NCBI RefSeq assembly: GCF_009914755.1
Contig: NC_060925.1
Strand: one strand, 5' to 3'
Origin: the human T2T-CHM13v2.0 reference genome, Homo sapiens
DNA: 64,000 bases
Positions within the stretch are counted from its first letter, which is position 1; the number at the start of each line of letters is the position of its first letter. This document shows, piece by piece, positions 13,307 to 28,049 of this stretch. Below the pieces are notes generated by a model that saw only the letters and a list, made by a program, of their open reading frames with translations, searched no databases and was not told the DNA's origin. The translations under genes were made by a program, and so were the position numbers.

Positions 13307-13559
13307 TGATGCTGGCTGGCTGATTTAGGTTTATGTAAGTACTCTTTTCCTGGTTTTGCAGATAGCCACATTCTTGCTGTGTTCTCATGTCATTTCTCTT
13401 TTCTTATAAGGGCATTAATCCCACCTTGAGGGAGCCACCCTCATGACCTAATTACTTCCCAAAGGCTCACATCTCAAACTATCATCACATTGGGGATTGA
13501 GGATAACATGAGGACCTCTTGCCATGTAAAATTTTGGGGGACACATTCAGTCCATAGCA
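12918..13559 (-). mobile_element. MLT1A-type MaLR solo LTR, containing an Alu
   Basis: tgtcttagctcaggctgct ... acattcagtccatagca. TSD caggc (12913-12917) / aaggc (13560-13564). Confidence 0.88.
13028..13307 (+). mobile_element. AluS with an internal right-arm deletion
   Basis: Alu body, 37-nt pure A tail (13268-13304), TSD gatgctggct (13018-13027 / 13308-13317). Confidence 0.93.
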
Positions 13560-16500
13560 AAGGCATTATGTCATCTAGTTATGTTGCCTCTCTGACCTCT
13601 TCTTCTTCCACTGTATTTTGATTGCTCTGGTTCACCCACATGGGCCTTGCCTCCTTCCTTAAATACACTCTTTTATCTCAGAAACTTGGCATTTGCTATT
13701 CCCTCGACCAGGAAACATCTTTGCCCAGGTATCATATTTTCTTCTTTGCTCAAATCCTTCATGTCTGTTCAAATATTCTCTCTTCTGAGGTGCCTTCTCT
13801 CTCTTCAAACCCCTTTACTACTTCATTGCTTTCTTAGTCCCCAAAACAACTGGATATTGTACATATTTGTCAATTTTGGATTAGCTTTTTCCAAACTAAA
13901 TATAAGCTTCTTGAGTGTTAGACATTTATCTGTCTTGTTTGCTAATATGAACTTCATCACCTAGCAGCTGGAATACTGAACTGCTCAGTAAATATTGGTT
14001 AAAGATAAAATGAATGGATGCTGAATATTATGTCTACCATGTAGTCAGTGTTTTTATTACACCATAGTTCTCTTTAATATCTAGATCACCTTTGCAAAAT
14101 ATTATTAGCACAATGTTATAGAAAATAAAATCAAGAAGCTAAGGACCTTGCTCAAGGCAACACTAAAAAATAATAATAGTGATAACAATTAGCAAGTGTA
14201 ATCTTCACACCATGGACTTTCTCTTTCCAATGCCCAAATTCATTTCTTTGTATCATGCTGAGATACAAATTAAATACAAAGAATTTAACAATTTTCTGAT
14301 AATTTTACAATCTAATTTAATGTTGGATTTTGGTCTTTGTCATTGTTACAAAAGAACAAATCCTATGGCTAAAGATCTTGAAACCCACACAGTACATTAC
14401 AGTAGAAGATAAAAATCTTTGAAATTCAAAGGAAGATAACTTCTTTGCAACTCAATTTGTTTCTCTATAATATTGGAATAACAATACCTTGCTGAGATGA
14501 AGCCACTATACTCTGACTTTTCAGGCCTCAACCTTGACATTTGCTGTTTAGCAGTAGAGTGTGCTTCCCATTCTGATATGCATGCCTTAAGGTTTATTTG
14601 TAAAGAAGTATCCCCTCCCAGAAACATTTACTTCAAGTGAGTTAGTCAACCTGTATGATGCTAGAATTCATGGGAAATATCTCAGGAACAAAATTACTAA
14701 CAGGACCAAAACTCTAAAAGGTGTTATTGTAAATTTATGTCACATCTTTAGTGGACTGTCACTTTTTGCTCTGCTTCTGAAATAATCTAGATGTATTGAT
14801 TTTTTTTCCTAAAATAAGAGAATTAATAAATCTGAACTTAGGGCAAGATTTAGTTTTTAATCTCTATTCTCACAGTAGTGACCGACTGAAAAAAACGGTT
14901 TAAAATAATTTGTAGTTCTCTCTAGATGATGATATCATGACTGCCTTGGCTGTCCATAAGGTTATGACTTGAAGTTTAATTGGTAGTAAAAACAGGTTCT
15001 TAATGTTCCTGACACACAGTTGTTGAATATAATGTATTACTAATCCTGAATTTGACTCAATTTAATTTAATTAAAAGCTATTTGTTAAGTTTTTAATCTT
15101 TGTCAGGTATTTTGTTAGGTGCCTTTAGAATCATGTGTCAGTAGAATGGAAGAGAGAAACGTTGACTGATCCATACAGAGATCAAATCAAATCAAATGAA
15201 AGCTTTAGTCCCATTTGTACTGGTATTGTAACCAATGAGAACCCCAAAACATTTGGTTACAACTCTTGACTAACCTTAGAGGGATGCCCCGACTCCACCA
15301 TCACTCTGGCTATTTGGCTCCATGCAATTACTATAAAATTATTGACACAAATCAATAAGTGTACAAAGTTATCACTAGCCTATAAGAATATTCAAAATTG
15401 GGGTAAAAAGCAGAGGGCTTACTTAATTCAGCTGACAAAATAAAAGTCTGAAAAGTGTTGAACTGGAGGACAAAGTGTTTTGCTTTAAATTCCATTATTA
15501 AAACCACATGATCTCCAAGTATTCATATATCTTTCTACTTAATTTGACTTCTTTTTATTTAGATTAGCTTCTTGACTGATTGTGCACCCTCTTGGGAGAG
15601 GATCTATGTATTTGATAAGCAGAATGAGAAATTCAATTATTGCTATGGTAAATTTATCTTCAATTTGACATTTACCCTCAGTTGAATATTTTCACTCAAT
15701 TGGAGAGTCCGTTACCCATCTCTTTTTTTCAAATTATCCCTGTCTCTGTAGTTATCTTTTACTGTTCACAAGACAGTTTTCAAAGCTTAGACAACTAGCA
15801 TAGAAGTTTTCTCCAGGAAGTTAACTTGTCTGACTCTGAGTATCTTCATATTTATAACAGACATAATATTTAGCTTATAATACTTTTAAAAGCAAAATAA
15901 GATTATAAGAGGAAGTGCTTTACAAAAATAAAAATGTATTACAAAATTAAATGTATTCTCCATGGATGGCATATTATTTGAACTTTTATACAATTCTAAT
16001 AATTAGATGATTATGACTTTGAAAACAGTTTTGGTTATTCAGAGTTAAAAATTAATGTTATAAAATATCAAAGGTTATAGGAATGAACCATGGGACAGAA
16101 AATGATTCACAAAGACAGCCAAAGAATCATAAGACGTAAAATAACTTGCCCAAGGTCACATGCTCTTTATTAGTTCATCCATCATCCAGCTAGCCAGCCA
16201 AAAAAAAACATTTATTAAATACAAGAAATGCAATGATGATCAAGGTATGTCCCATGTTTTCAAGGAGGTTACAGGATCCAGGAAAGAATTCCTCCCAGAA
16301 AATAACAGTGCCTTTTCAAACCACAACTATTTAATATTAACAACAACAAAAAAGCTCTGAGGTTCTGAAACAGAGAAAGATGAGATACCACATACTGAAG
16401 CCTTCAATCTCATAACTAATTTCTGGTCCCCTACTATTAAGATAATATGATTAGAGAGTTTTCTTTATTCATTTGGCGACCATTTTATTTAATGGAAACT

Positions 16501-17133
16501 ACACCCTCTGTTCAACGAATTAGGAAAACCTCAAGAGGCACATGCCTTTGAATTATTTATCTCTTCAACATAATTTTTTGTTTTGTTTTCCTTGAAAACT
16601 CTAAATGACTCTATGATTGTACACAAAGATAAATAATATATATTCCTGTCCCAAACTATTCAAAATCTAACAGAGAAAATAAATGTAATACATATTTGTA
16701 ATAGATTATGATATATGCAATCACATACGCTTGGCACGGGTGAATTCTACTTAAAAGAGCCAGGAAATGCTTCATATAAATGAAGAACCACTTTTAGAAT
16801 AAAGTTTCAAATAAACTTTTCTGTTCATTCTGTTCTACGTTCTGTTCTACTTTTAATTTGCAATTAATTTGATGAGGTAAGACTGTATTGTGGCATTTAT
16901 TCAATAAAAATTGATTGAGTATCCACCATTAGACAGACTCTGTGATAATCACTAGGGATATAACAAAGGAAAAAGACAGTTTGTGGCTTGAAAAACCCAG
17001 TATAGCAAGGAGGTCAGACAGGAAACAAATTTATTCAAGTACAATTTGGGCCCTTACTACATGTTCCAGGCTGTGCAGGCAGAGCAGCAAGAAAATAAAA
17101 CAAAAATGTTGATTTTTGTGATGGAGCTTATAT

Positions 17134-17449
17134 ACATATATTTATTTATTAGGGACAGGGTCTCGCTCTATCTCCCAGGCAGGAGTACAGATGTGGGATT
17201 TCTGCTCACTGCAGCCTCGACCTCCCGGGCTCAAGTGATCTTCCTACCTCAGCTTCCTGAGTAGCTGGGTCTACAGGCATGTGCCACCATGCCATCATGC
17301 CCAGCTATTCTTTTTTTTTTTTTTTTTTTTGTGGAGATAGGGACTTGCTATGTTGCCCAAGCTGGTCTCCAACTCTTGGGCTCAAGCTATCCTCCTGCCT
17401 TGGCTGCTCAAATAGCTGGGATTACAGGTGTGAGCCACTGCGCCTGGCC
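17134..17449 (-). mobile_element. AluJ
   Basis: gcagcctcgacctcccgggctcaagtgatc and gctatgttgcccaagctgg..gggctcaagctatcc. TSD ggagcttatat (17123-17133) / ggagctcatat (17452-17462). Sits in an L2-like remnant. Confidence 0.92.
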
Positions 17450-18729
17450 AGGGAGCTCATATTCTCATAAAAGGAAACAACAAATAATTATAAATAAGAA
17501 ACATACTACTTAATATAAGATGATGAGGGGGTTACTAGAAAAAATATCAATATTCATGATTTGCTGTGAAATTGCAGCGAAGTAATATCAGATGGAAGAA
17601 ACTGTTGATAATCATAGGCTCCCTAAGATGAGTTTTGAAAGCCAAATAAGAACTGTATGAGAGTTAAATGAGGGAAAGAGCTTGTTAAATAGGGAGAACA
17701 GACACCACATCATTCAATTTTCACAGGATCCTAGAGTGGCATAGAAAGAGAGAACAAAGTTCCTGGACCTCTCATGAGGAACAAGGAAGTAGCCACAAGA
17801 ATCCTAAAGCAACTGAACTGCTAGAGGCAGTGCTGTAAGTAGTGACTGCCAAGGACCCACCTGACCATGGTAGGCCATGATAAGACTGCAGATATAAGTG
17901 GTGTATAGAGCAGTTACCAGGCCCAAAACCCTAGGAATGGTGTTATGCCATAGCAGATTGCGGTGCAGAATGACCACTGACCTGACGTCTGTCTTAATGA
18001 CATTCTCTCACATAAGATTCCTATACCAGAAATGCTAACTTTGGGAGAGGTTAGGAGAAAATAAGAACGAGTGTACAATGACTAGTCAAAAGAAGACTGA
18101 ATAACCTAAAATTTGTTGAAGTGATACTTAACTGACGATTGTCATTTATTGCTATTGAGTGAAATAAAGCAATACTTTTGAAAGGAAGTTTACTTGTAGT
18201 ACAATAAAGTCTTTGAAAATTATTTTCTTCTTTGTATTACTGTTGAATTTAAATGTCTTGACAAAATGATGTTGTTGTGAAAATACATATTAACAAAGTT
18301 TACAGAAGGAAATGAACTATATGAAAGTAAGAAACACTAGCACATAACTAGCTCTAAACCTATGCACTTTTACAGATGTTATTCACTAAATCAAGGCACT
18401 TTCATAGGTAGTATATATACTACTACATTCCTTGTAATATAGAGAAAGAAAGAAAGCTCCAAAGCATTAGGAGGAAACTAAAATTTTAGCATATAAAGTT
18501 CCTTCCAGGAAGGTAAGAATATTGCAATACCAGAAAATTAACAAAATAACATTGAGGTTGAAACATACTTCCAATATGTTATCATTTTAACTTATATAAT
18601 TGGTAATTTTATGTTGCTTATATTATAATATTAGAATATCAGAGAAAAAAGCAATATAAGTTATTTTTGTTAGGTGACAAAAAGGCATCTGAAAAATCAA
18701 CAATCAATAATCAGTATTTTTATACTTTT

Positions 18730-19225
18730 TTTCTGAGATATAAATATTCCATTGTATAAATATGCCACAATTTGTTTATCTGTTCTCATGGTGAAGCACA
18801 ATGCTTGTTCTTATTTTTACTTTTTTCCATTATTAATATTGCTACTATAACCAATTGAGTATAAGTCATTTTGTAGACTTAAATTTTTGTTTTACTTCAG
18901 CAGATACCTAGATTTGCTGGGCTATAGAATAAGTTATTTTTAAATGCATAGGAAATTGTCAGTCTTTCAAACTGTTTGTATCATTTTAACTCCTACCGGC
19001 TTTGTATGAAAGTCCATCACCCCACATCCTTGCCAATAATTAGTGTAATCTTTTTTTTTTATTTGGCCATTCCAGCGGATCTACAGCAGTAAAATTGCAA
19101 TTTTTGTTTGCTTTTCTCTGATAATTAAATGGTGTACATAACTTTTTCATGTGCTTACTTGTCATACTTATATATTCTTTGGTGAATTGTTGTTAATCTT
19201 TTGCTCATATTTATTGTTATTTTCA
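18730..19225 (-). mobile_element. Old L1M (ME/MB-like) fragment
   Basis: atattccattgtataaatatgccacaatttgtttatc; ccacatccttgccaata; ttttcatgtgcttacttgtcat. Confidence 0.75.
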
Positions 19226-20807
19226 ACATAAACTCTCATCCGCATCCAAAGTTTGTCCTGGTTTGTTCCCCCTCTCTTCAGTTATAGAAGATCCCATTTA
19301 TGCAAAGTTCTTGCTTTCTTTGCAACAGGACTCAGAATTTACCACTTAACCCTGGAAGGCACATCTGTTCCTTAAATCAATTATGTTAACTTCACTGACT
19401 ACAAATGAAGGGCCTTCTTGTATTTTTCTATTTACAAATGCTTGAATTTTTTAATATAACCATCTTTATAAGAAGCATGTATGCTAACTATATTTTGATA
19501 TATACTTAAATCTCAAAAAGGAGAAAGTTGCCATAACTGTCTCTTTAGTATGGCATACTAAGCCAATAAACATTGTTAAAATTGTACAGTTCACATATTT
19601 GTTTTTGGTAATAGAGTTCACTGTACAAACCAAGAAGCCAACTTCATATTAAATCTTTGTCCATTTCTTGGATGTTTTTAATAACAACTAATTTCTGATC
19701 TAGGTCAACAGTTCTATCACGTACCTTGCTTTATCCTGCAGCTTTTGTCTTATCAAAAAAATTGCTTTCATGAGATGATTATCATAAATTACACACAAAT
19801 ATAGTTAACAACTGTTTTAATAGCACTAGACTGAATGAAAGCAATACACTTTTCAGAGGTCATTTTATACTACATGTTTTGATAAGACAAAAGGAACTGT
19901 GCATAACTTATACAGCTGCCTAAACAAAGTATTTACATCCCACATACTCTTGTATTTTTTAACATCTTATGTGCAAGTATGTATTTATCAAATATTAGGA
20001 AGACTGAGAACCCATATTATTTGTGCATTTGTGCTTCCATGTGTGTTTTTTTTCTTTTACACATGATATTCTGGTATATTGAATGATATCACATTTTACT
20101 ATATTGTATTTGAATGATGAGTTAACCACTCAAATTTTTATTTTTATTTTTTGGAGTAGTGTCTAGCAGGAAATATGTTCACACTATAGCTGTATGGGGT
20201 AGATATTACCCATTAAAGGAGAAGATAAGATCTGGAAAGATCAATTGCTTGCCTGAAGTCACAACAAATTCAGAATTTAAACCATCTGTCTATTAAGTCC
20301 ACAACATTTAGACAATATTGGTGCTGTCAATATTAATCGAATGCACTAATTGAAGTTATGTGTCAATACCAATGAGGTCTAAATTAGTTTGTTAAAAATT
20401 ATGCTACAATATATATGGAAAACAATTACAAATCTTGGAGTTCCATTTCAATTTGAACAATGGTCCTTAAATACTCCATGATTTTTCCCCAATCAAAACT
20501 GTTAATTGATAGAAAAGAAAAATAACTCCCCCGTTATTTTAGTTGCAGAATTCTCTGGTACAAGGTAATGTACTACATTGGCATTCATTTTATTTTCTTA
20601 AAATTATTTTGTATATATCGGCCAGATGAATTTAAAACTTGGTGATGCTCCATAAAGAATGAATGAAATTATGAGAGAAAAGGGAAAAAGGGAGCACTTT
20701 GTAGGTAGGACAAAGTCAGTGATAGAGTTGTTTGATCTAGAAAGACAGTGAGAATGGAAAAGAACAGTGACAGTTTCTGAAGGTGTCAGTGTTAACAACA
20801 AAATCTT

Positions 20808-21100
<293 letters not shown>

Positions 21101-21179
21101 AACAACAAAATCTTAACAAGCATTCCCATTACATGAACAGAACGTAAGAATCAAAGAGCAGCAATTAGTAAACAAGGGG

Positions 21180-21600
21180 CAGGCTGCCTAGATATCCTCT
21201 ATTTGCCCCACCAAGTGCACTGTCTACATTTCTCCCTTCTTCCCAACCTCACCTTGTGCCCGAACAGATTCTCACTGCCTATCACTACCTGAGCAGGAGG
21301 CTGATGCTATAGGATTGCATCCACTGGCTTCCTTAACTGCTGACTTCCATTTGAGTGTGTCCAGTAGGAGGCATTACAGTATATCGGGTAGTGAGAGGAG
21401 ACTGATGTCAGGGTTTGTACTCCTCCCACCATCTTTCTGCTAGATCTCCACAGGTTGACTGAATAGAGATTCTCTGGTGTTCATCTGTCTCCTAGATCAT
21501 CAGTTGCTTACTCCTTCATCACCAACCACAGCCAGCCTACTTTGTGGAGGCCCCTGGGGTTTTACCAGATAAATGTGACTAGTCACAAGACCAGACTCTG
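21180..21600. mobile_element. ERVL LTR33-like remnant
   Basis: caggaggctgatgctataggattgcatccactggcttcctt..acttccatttgagtgtgtccagtaggaggca..gaggagactgatgtcagggtttgtactcc. Ends are approximate. Confidence 0.6.
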
Positions 21601-22029
21601 ACTTGTCCAGTACATCTGGTATCAGAAAAACACCACACCAGGGAATATGGAACCTGGCTTCCAGAGCAGCTACTGAAGGAATTAGGCAATTGAACCTGTA
21701 ATAATGAAAGTTAATTTCCCATGTGGAGAAAGTTGAGAGGCAGTTAAATGAAGGATAAATTTCTGTTCCCTCTCTCCCTTGGATGGACTGTTTCAAGGCA
21801 TGGTTGCTAGTTTTAGTAAGTCTAGAGAATTCCAAGACCGAGAAATCATAGTGAATAATTATTTCTGTTGATTGGCTCATTGTGAAAGAGTGACAGCAAA
21901 GTAAAATATCAATTTGCATTCCTTTCCACCCTTAGAACTTCACATCCATTTTTAATCTGTCTCTGCTTTTATAAGGTTACACACCCCAAATAAAGAGTTG
22001 ACACTTAATCCTTGCCTGAGTTTCTGTTT

Positions 22030-22160
22030 ATTAAGGAATGTAAGCTAAAATATATAAAAATATATATTATATGTTTTCTATTATGTATTTTATGTAATTG
22101 TATACTATACAGTTGTGTAATTATATATAATATATATCTTACATATATAAATATATATAG
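22030..22160. repeat. AT-rich/(TA)n low-complexity tract
   Basis: Degenerate TA repeats. Confidence 0.8.
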
Positions 22161-22889
22161 AGAGAAATTAGGTATATATCCTACTTTCACTCATTTTTTT
22201 CAAATTTTATTTTTGTTATTGTTTAATCTTTGTAACTTTGAGGAGTACATAACTCTTAAAAAAATTTCAGCACCCACACTATCTCTTACTTTTCTCTACT
22301 TTGTAAGGTGACCCTTCCCTTCAACTCTTCTAACTTCCCTTCCTAAATTCTGTCAACTGAACTTTTATTTTCTGAATTGTGAATGCTGATGATAGGTCAT
22401 TTTTCTGAAACCATAATTTTAAATTTTATGTGTATTGTCTGTAGTTCATTTATGAAATTTAATGTCAGTAAGTATTGCTTATATCTTGGTGGACATGCAA
22501 ATACTATACTTTGCAGAGCCAGGAATATTAGTTGTTACATTTTTTTCTTATATCACTTATCTGGGATTTTAATTGCTTTATATTTGCTAGTAGTATTGGA
22601 AATATACACATAAACACACATATGTGTGTGAATATATGTATATATTATGCTTTGCTACAGTTTCCCTTATAAATAAATATTTTCCTCACAACATTCTTCC
22701 AGGCTTTTGCATCCTCCTACATCAAATTAAATGAGGTAACATCTAGGCCTGTTGCACAGTGGCATCCTAGAACTTGACTCCTTGCCCTCTTCAGTTAGTT
22801 ATCTTGTTTACTGGAATTGACCAAATTTAGCGTTCACTCCTGTTATAGACTCTAAGAAATGTAGAAATACATGAGAATTTCATCAAGCT

Positions 22890-23420
22890 AATAACCACTC
22901 TGAAAACAATTAGGCTGTTTTGTAAAAATTTAAATGTACACCTACCATATAATTCAGCATTCTCCTAGGTGTTTCCTCAATAAATGAGATATGTTCATAC
23001 AAGGACTTGCACATGAATGTTTATAGCAGCTTTTGCATAATAGCCTCAAACTGAAAACAACTCAAATGTCAAACAGTTAAACAGACATACAGTGGCATAG
23101 CCATAAAAGAGAATACTACTACATAATAAAAATGAAGTGAACTCTTTATACAAGGCATAACATGAAAGAATATCAAAATAATTATGCTGAATAAAATGTC
23201 AGCATTAATAATGCTATAATAAATTTATCAATTAATAATGTTGCAATCAATGAAAAGCAAAAAACACACTAAATGCTTCCACTTATTAAAAGAAAACACA
23301 GGAATGCAAATATATAGTGACAAAAAACATCCATGGTTGCCTAGAAAGGGAGACAAGGATGGAAAAATATGGAGAAGGGAATGAGGAAATGTTGCAAAGG
23401 GGTAAGAAGAAATTTTTCAA
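22890..23420 (+). mobile_element. Old L1M 3' fragment
   Basis: aatgtttatagcagcttt..aatagcctcaaactgaaaacaactcaaatgtc; catggttgcctag. Confidence 0.75.
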
Positions 23421-23619
23421 TTTTATTGCTCCCAATATGAAGTAGTCAACACGGATCACTTAAGTTACACAAAGCTGTTTGAGATAGTGGAAGCCAAATT
23501 TTAAGTCCCCTTGAAATTGTTTTAGGCTAGCACTGAAATGTCAAAATATAAAATTTAACCCAGAAATTGAGCTAAGAAATGCGGCACTTGGATACAACAA
23601 TGATAAAAATAAAACTCTG

Positions 23620-23760
23620 TATTTCAGGCATTGTGTTAATAACTTAGTATATACTGTCCCATGTAATCATCTCATAAAATAGGCCTATGAGGTAGGTATT
23701 TATATCTCTAATTTAATGAGGAAGAAACTTGAGTTTCGAGAAATTACATAGTTCAAGTAT
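23620..23760 (-). mobile_element. MIR
   Basis: aggcattgtgttaa..cctatgaggtaggtatt..gaggaagaaacttgag (antisense MIR core). Confidence 0.7.
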
Positions 23761-25219
23761 TATATTTACATCAGTACATTACAAAAGGCCTTATTTTGTG
23801 TGATTCTAATAAATGTGAATGGTAATTATGGAGCTACATTATTCGTGTGCATGTACTATGATATGCTTTTTTGCAAGGATATTTTAAGAGCTATATAAAA
23901 TAGATGGACTTTTATTCTAGGTTGTTTCTACAAAGATTCGCAAGCAGTGAGAATCAGTGCCAATCTCCTTTTAATTATCAATAGATCTATATAGCTGATT
24001 GAACAATGAAGTCACCTTCATCCAGCTCCCCATTCTCTTGGTTTTGAAAACACTCATCCAGTGTAGTGCTGCATGAAGTTTCATTTAATTAACTTCAGGC
24101 TTTTTTTTTTTTAAATGTTTATAGGTATCTTGTTCATCTTCTATCACAGCTGGAAGACTGGCATATTTCTCCTAGAAATACTTCATGTGTATGTCATGGA
24201 ACTCTAATGACCACATATATTTAAATCTGTCTGATATATTTCTTTTCAATCTTATGAGTTAATTTATTTTAGCTGAACTCTAGTTCATAAGACTAAAATG
24301 ATTATTGGCTTGCAAGATACATGCGTAGATACAAATAGAATGAGATAAATTACAATATAAAAAATAAAACTAGTTCATTTGCAATGCCAAATCAATAGCA
24401 TGCTGTTTCATTACATAATATGATAACAGAACTGTTTTGATTCAATAATTTATCTCAAAAGGAATATTCCACGTGTTTTAGAGAACACATTTCGAAGAAC
24501 AGTTAAAAGATAAAAGGTTAATGGAATCTGGCTGCCAAGAAAATAGAACATTTCTTTTCTTAGAAGAAAAGAACTCTTGCCCAATTCTTGTACTTTTTTA
24601 ATTAATGAGCTGTGGAAATAAGTCAGGAAACTATTTCTAGAATCCAGGAAATTAAAAATATAATTAAAAGTACATATTATCATGCTGTAGAAAGATATTG
24701 TATCTGTCATCAAAAAGTGATTCTTTCAAATTTCTACTTATCTATATACAATCAAATAAACTTGAGGAACTGAGGCATAACAGATCTCAGGAGAGAAATA
24801 CATTTTGAGATTTCTATAGCCCATGATACACATCTCCCCACATGCACACACCTAGGCACATAAACATATACACACAAACCTACTTCCATATGATTTGGTG
24901 AGGGTATGGGAAAAAAATACCATTAGAACTGTAGGTAATTTTTATGTTCTTTTTTAAAATTTGGCCAGAAATGAAGAGAAAGTGTATACAACATCAAATT
25001 TAACAGTATAGTAAAAATATATATCTTCTAACAAAACTTCATGTATAAAAATAAAATGTAGAGTTTTCCAGTTAACATTTTACCTTTAATTGCTTTATTT
25101 CCAAACTTTGATTCTTTTCTTTCTTGATTCAGATACCCATTGTATCTCTAATTTGTGCGTTTTGATTTATGAAACCTTTCTGACTCTTCTCCTTATAAAA
25201 GTAACCACTATTTTTGTAG

Positions 25220-25561
<342 letters not shown>

Positions 25562-25600
25562 ACCTGACACTTTTTAAAAATGCAGAAATGTTAGTCCAAC

Positions 25601-26092
25601 TAAAACCGTTCCAATCGTCCTTTACTGATATGGCTTCTTTTGAATAAACATAGAAAGTGGCCCTCCTGGTCTTAAAACTTGAGAAAATTACAATTGTCTT
25701 ATCTGAATTCCTTTTTTCAGGAAACCAACCATCAGCCCTCTCAGATAATATCAAGGAACTGAAATTTGCTGTATCACTGCATCTGAACAACGGGGCACCA
25801 TACCCCTCACACATTTTGATTGGCTAACTGACCACCTGCTTCCTGTTGGTGAACTTATCTTCCTCACTCCTTCCTAACTGTTCTTTGCCCACACATGGTC
25901 ACATTTCTTACCTGCTATATAAAACTATAGTTTTAGTCCATCAGAGAGATGGATTTGAGACTGACAGCCCATCTCCTTGGCTGCAGTGCCCGAATAATAC
26001 CTTTTTCCTTGGCAATAATCTTTGTCTCAGTGACTGGCTTTCTATACTGTGAGTAGCAGGACATAGACAAAAATCTTGGAGTTTTAGTAACA
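25601..26092 (+). mobile_element. ERV1 MER4-group solo LTR (LOR1/MER39-like)
   Basis: taaaaccg..tgaataaacatagaaa..ggtcttaaaacttgaga; TATA gctatataaaa near 25916; ends gtaaca. 4-bp TSD caac / cgac. Confidence 0.8.
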
Positions 26093-26815
26093 CGACTTCA
26101 GGTCTATTGATAAAGAATATGTATTTTATTGGACTTCTTGAATGATTCTTAGACATATTAAAGTCTGAGAACCACTGTTTTAATCTACAAACATTTAATT
26201 TTCTATTTCTTTACCTTTACATGTTTGCTTAAATATTTTTCTCTCCTATGTAAAGAATAAGTCCCTTTACCTGTAGAAGGAATACTGAAATTGTTGATCA
26301 CCACTGCTTATTGCTTTAACTGTACATAGTAAGATTTAAGAAATCCTTACTGAATGTATACAATGTACTAGTTACCTTTGCTGGACAAGATTCATCTTTA
26401 AATGTTCTCATTAAAATATTTTTTTTTCCATTTAATTGTCCCTTAGGAGTATAAACTCATTCCTCTGAAATGCTTTCACTGGTCTGTGACTCTATAGAAA
26501 CTCAAGCAGATTATAAGGACACTTAATCCAAAAGTAATAGTGATTGCATTTGTGATGGCATGGGCTCAATAACAAGCAAAGAGGTCATTTACTGTAGCAC
26601 TGTAATGTTATGGGAAGGCAACTTACAATTTTATATTCATACTTACCCACTAATTATCTCTATGACCTTAGAAACATTATTTATTATTCGAGCACATTAA
26701 ACCTCTCCTTTTCATTTTTACAGGTGTAAAATAGGAATACAAAAAGCAATATCAAATAATAGTGTAAAAATTGCATCCAGAGTAGTGGCGAAGCATGCTG
26801 GTCTCAGTGGTAGTA

Positions 26816-27912
26816 TGTTGGGGGAAGTCAGGGATCCCAAACAGAGGGATCAACTGAAGCCATGGCAGAAGAATGTGGATTGTGAAGATTTCATGGACAT
26901 TTATTAGTTCCCCAAATTAATACTTTTATAATTTCTTATGCCTGTCTTTACTGTAATCTCTAAACATAAATTGTGAAGATTTCATGGACACTTATCACTT
27001 CCCCAATCAACACCCTTGTGATTTCCTATGCCTGTCTTTAATCTCTTAATCCTGTCATCTCATAAGCTGAGGAGGATATATGTCATCTCAGGACCCCATG
27101 ATGATTGTGTTAACTGCACAAATTGTAGAGCATGTGTGTTTGAACAATATGAAATCTGGGCACCTTGAAAAAAGAACAGGATAACAGCAATGTTCAGTGA
27201 ACAAGAGAGATAACCTTAAACTCTGACCACCGGTGAGCCAGGCAGAACAGAGCCATATTTCTCTTCTTTCAAAAGCAAATGGGAGAAATATCACTGAATT
27301 CGTTTTCTCAGCAAGGAACATCCCTGAGAAAGACAATGCGCCCCTGAGGGTGGGCCTCTAAAATGGCCCCCTTGGGTGTGGCCATCTTCTATGGTCGAGA
27401 CTGTAGGGATGAAATGAGCCCCAGTCTCCCATAGGGCTCCCAGGCTTATTAGGACAAGGAAATTCCCACCTAATAAATTTTGGTCAGATCGGTTGCTCTC
27501 AAACCCTGCCTCCTGATAAGATGTTATCAATGATAATGGTGCCCGAAACTTCATTAGCAATTTTAATTTCACCCCAGTCCTGTGGTCCTGTGATCTCGCC
27601 CTGCCTCCATTTGCCTTGTGATATTCTATTACCTTGTGAAGTACATGATCTCTGTGACCCACACCCTATTCGTACACTCCCTCCCCTTTTGAAAATCCCT
27701 AATAAAAACTTGCTGGTTTTACGGCTCAGGGGGCATCATGGAACCTACCAACATGTGATGTCTCCCCTGGACGCCCAGCTTTAAAATTTCTCTCTTTTAT
27801 ATTCTTTAGCTTTATTTCTCAAACCAGCCAACACTTAGGGAAAATAAAAAAGAACCTACATGAAATATGGGGGATGAATTTTGCCCAATATCTGGCTGAA
27901 TTTCCCCCGATA
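26816..27912 (+). mobile_element. MER11 (HERV-K11/HML-8) solo LTR
   Basis: TGTTGGGGGAAGTCAGGGA.. start, duplicated ttgtgaagatttcatggaca, ends TTTCCCCCGATA. Perfect 6-bp TSD gtagta (26810-26815 / 27913-27918), as expected for betaretrovirus-like ERVK. Confidence 0.93.
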
Positions 27913-28049
27913 GTAGTAAGTTTTCAAAAGCCAGAATAATGAACTGAAGCCCTTCAGAGGGAATTCAATCAGAGCAGAGTGTTTCTCATTCTTCATCTGT
28001 TTTTACTCAGTATGTGCAAAATGCAGCTTGGAAATTGAACTGTATGAAA

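Larger units (their letters stand above)
12770..14020 (+). mobile_element. L2 3' region, split by the MLT1A and Alu insertions
   Basis: caatagccagaattatctttttaaaa..gattatgtcattc on the left; tataagcttcttgag..ctcagtaaatattggttaa..atgaatggatg (L2 3' end) on the right. Confidence 0.75.

Noticed and set aside
21500-21919. 139-aa minus-strand ORF
   Set aside because: No recognisable domain, partly overlaps an LTR33-like remnant, and its length is plausible by chance.
26880-27040. Direct repeat ttgtgaagatttcatggaca resembling a repeat-spacer array
   Set aside because: It is a native internal duplication of MER11 LTRs, with only two copies in eukaryotic DNA; not CRISPR.
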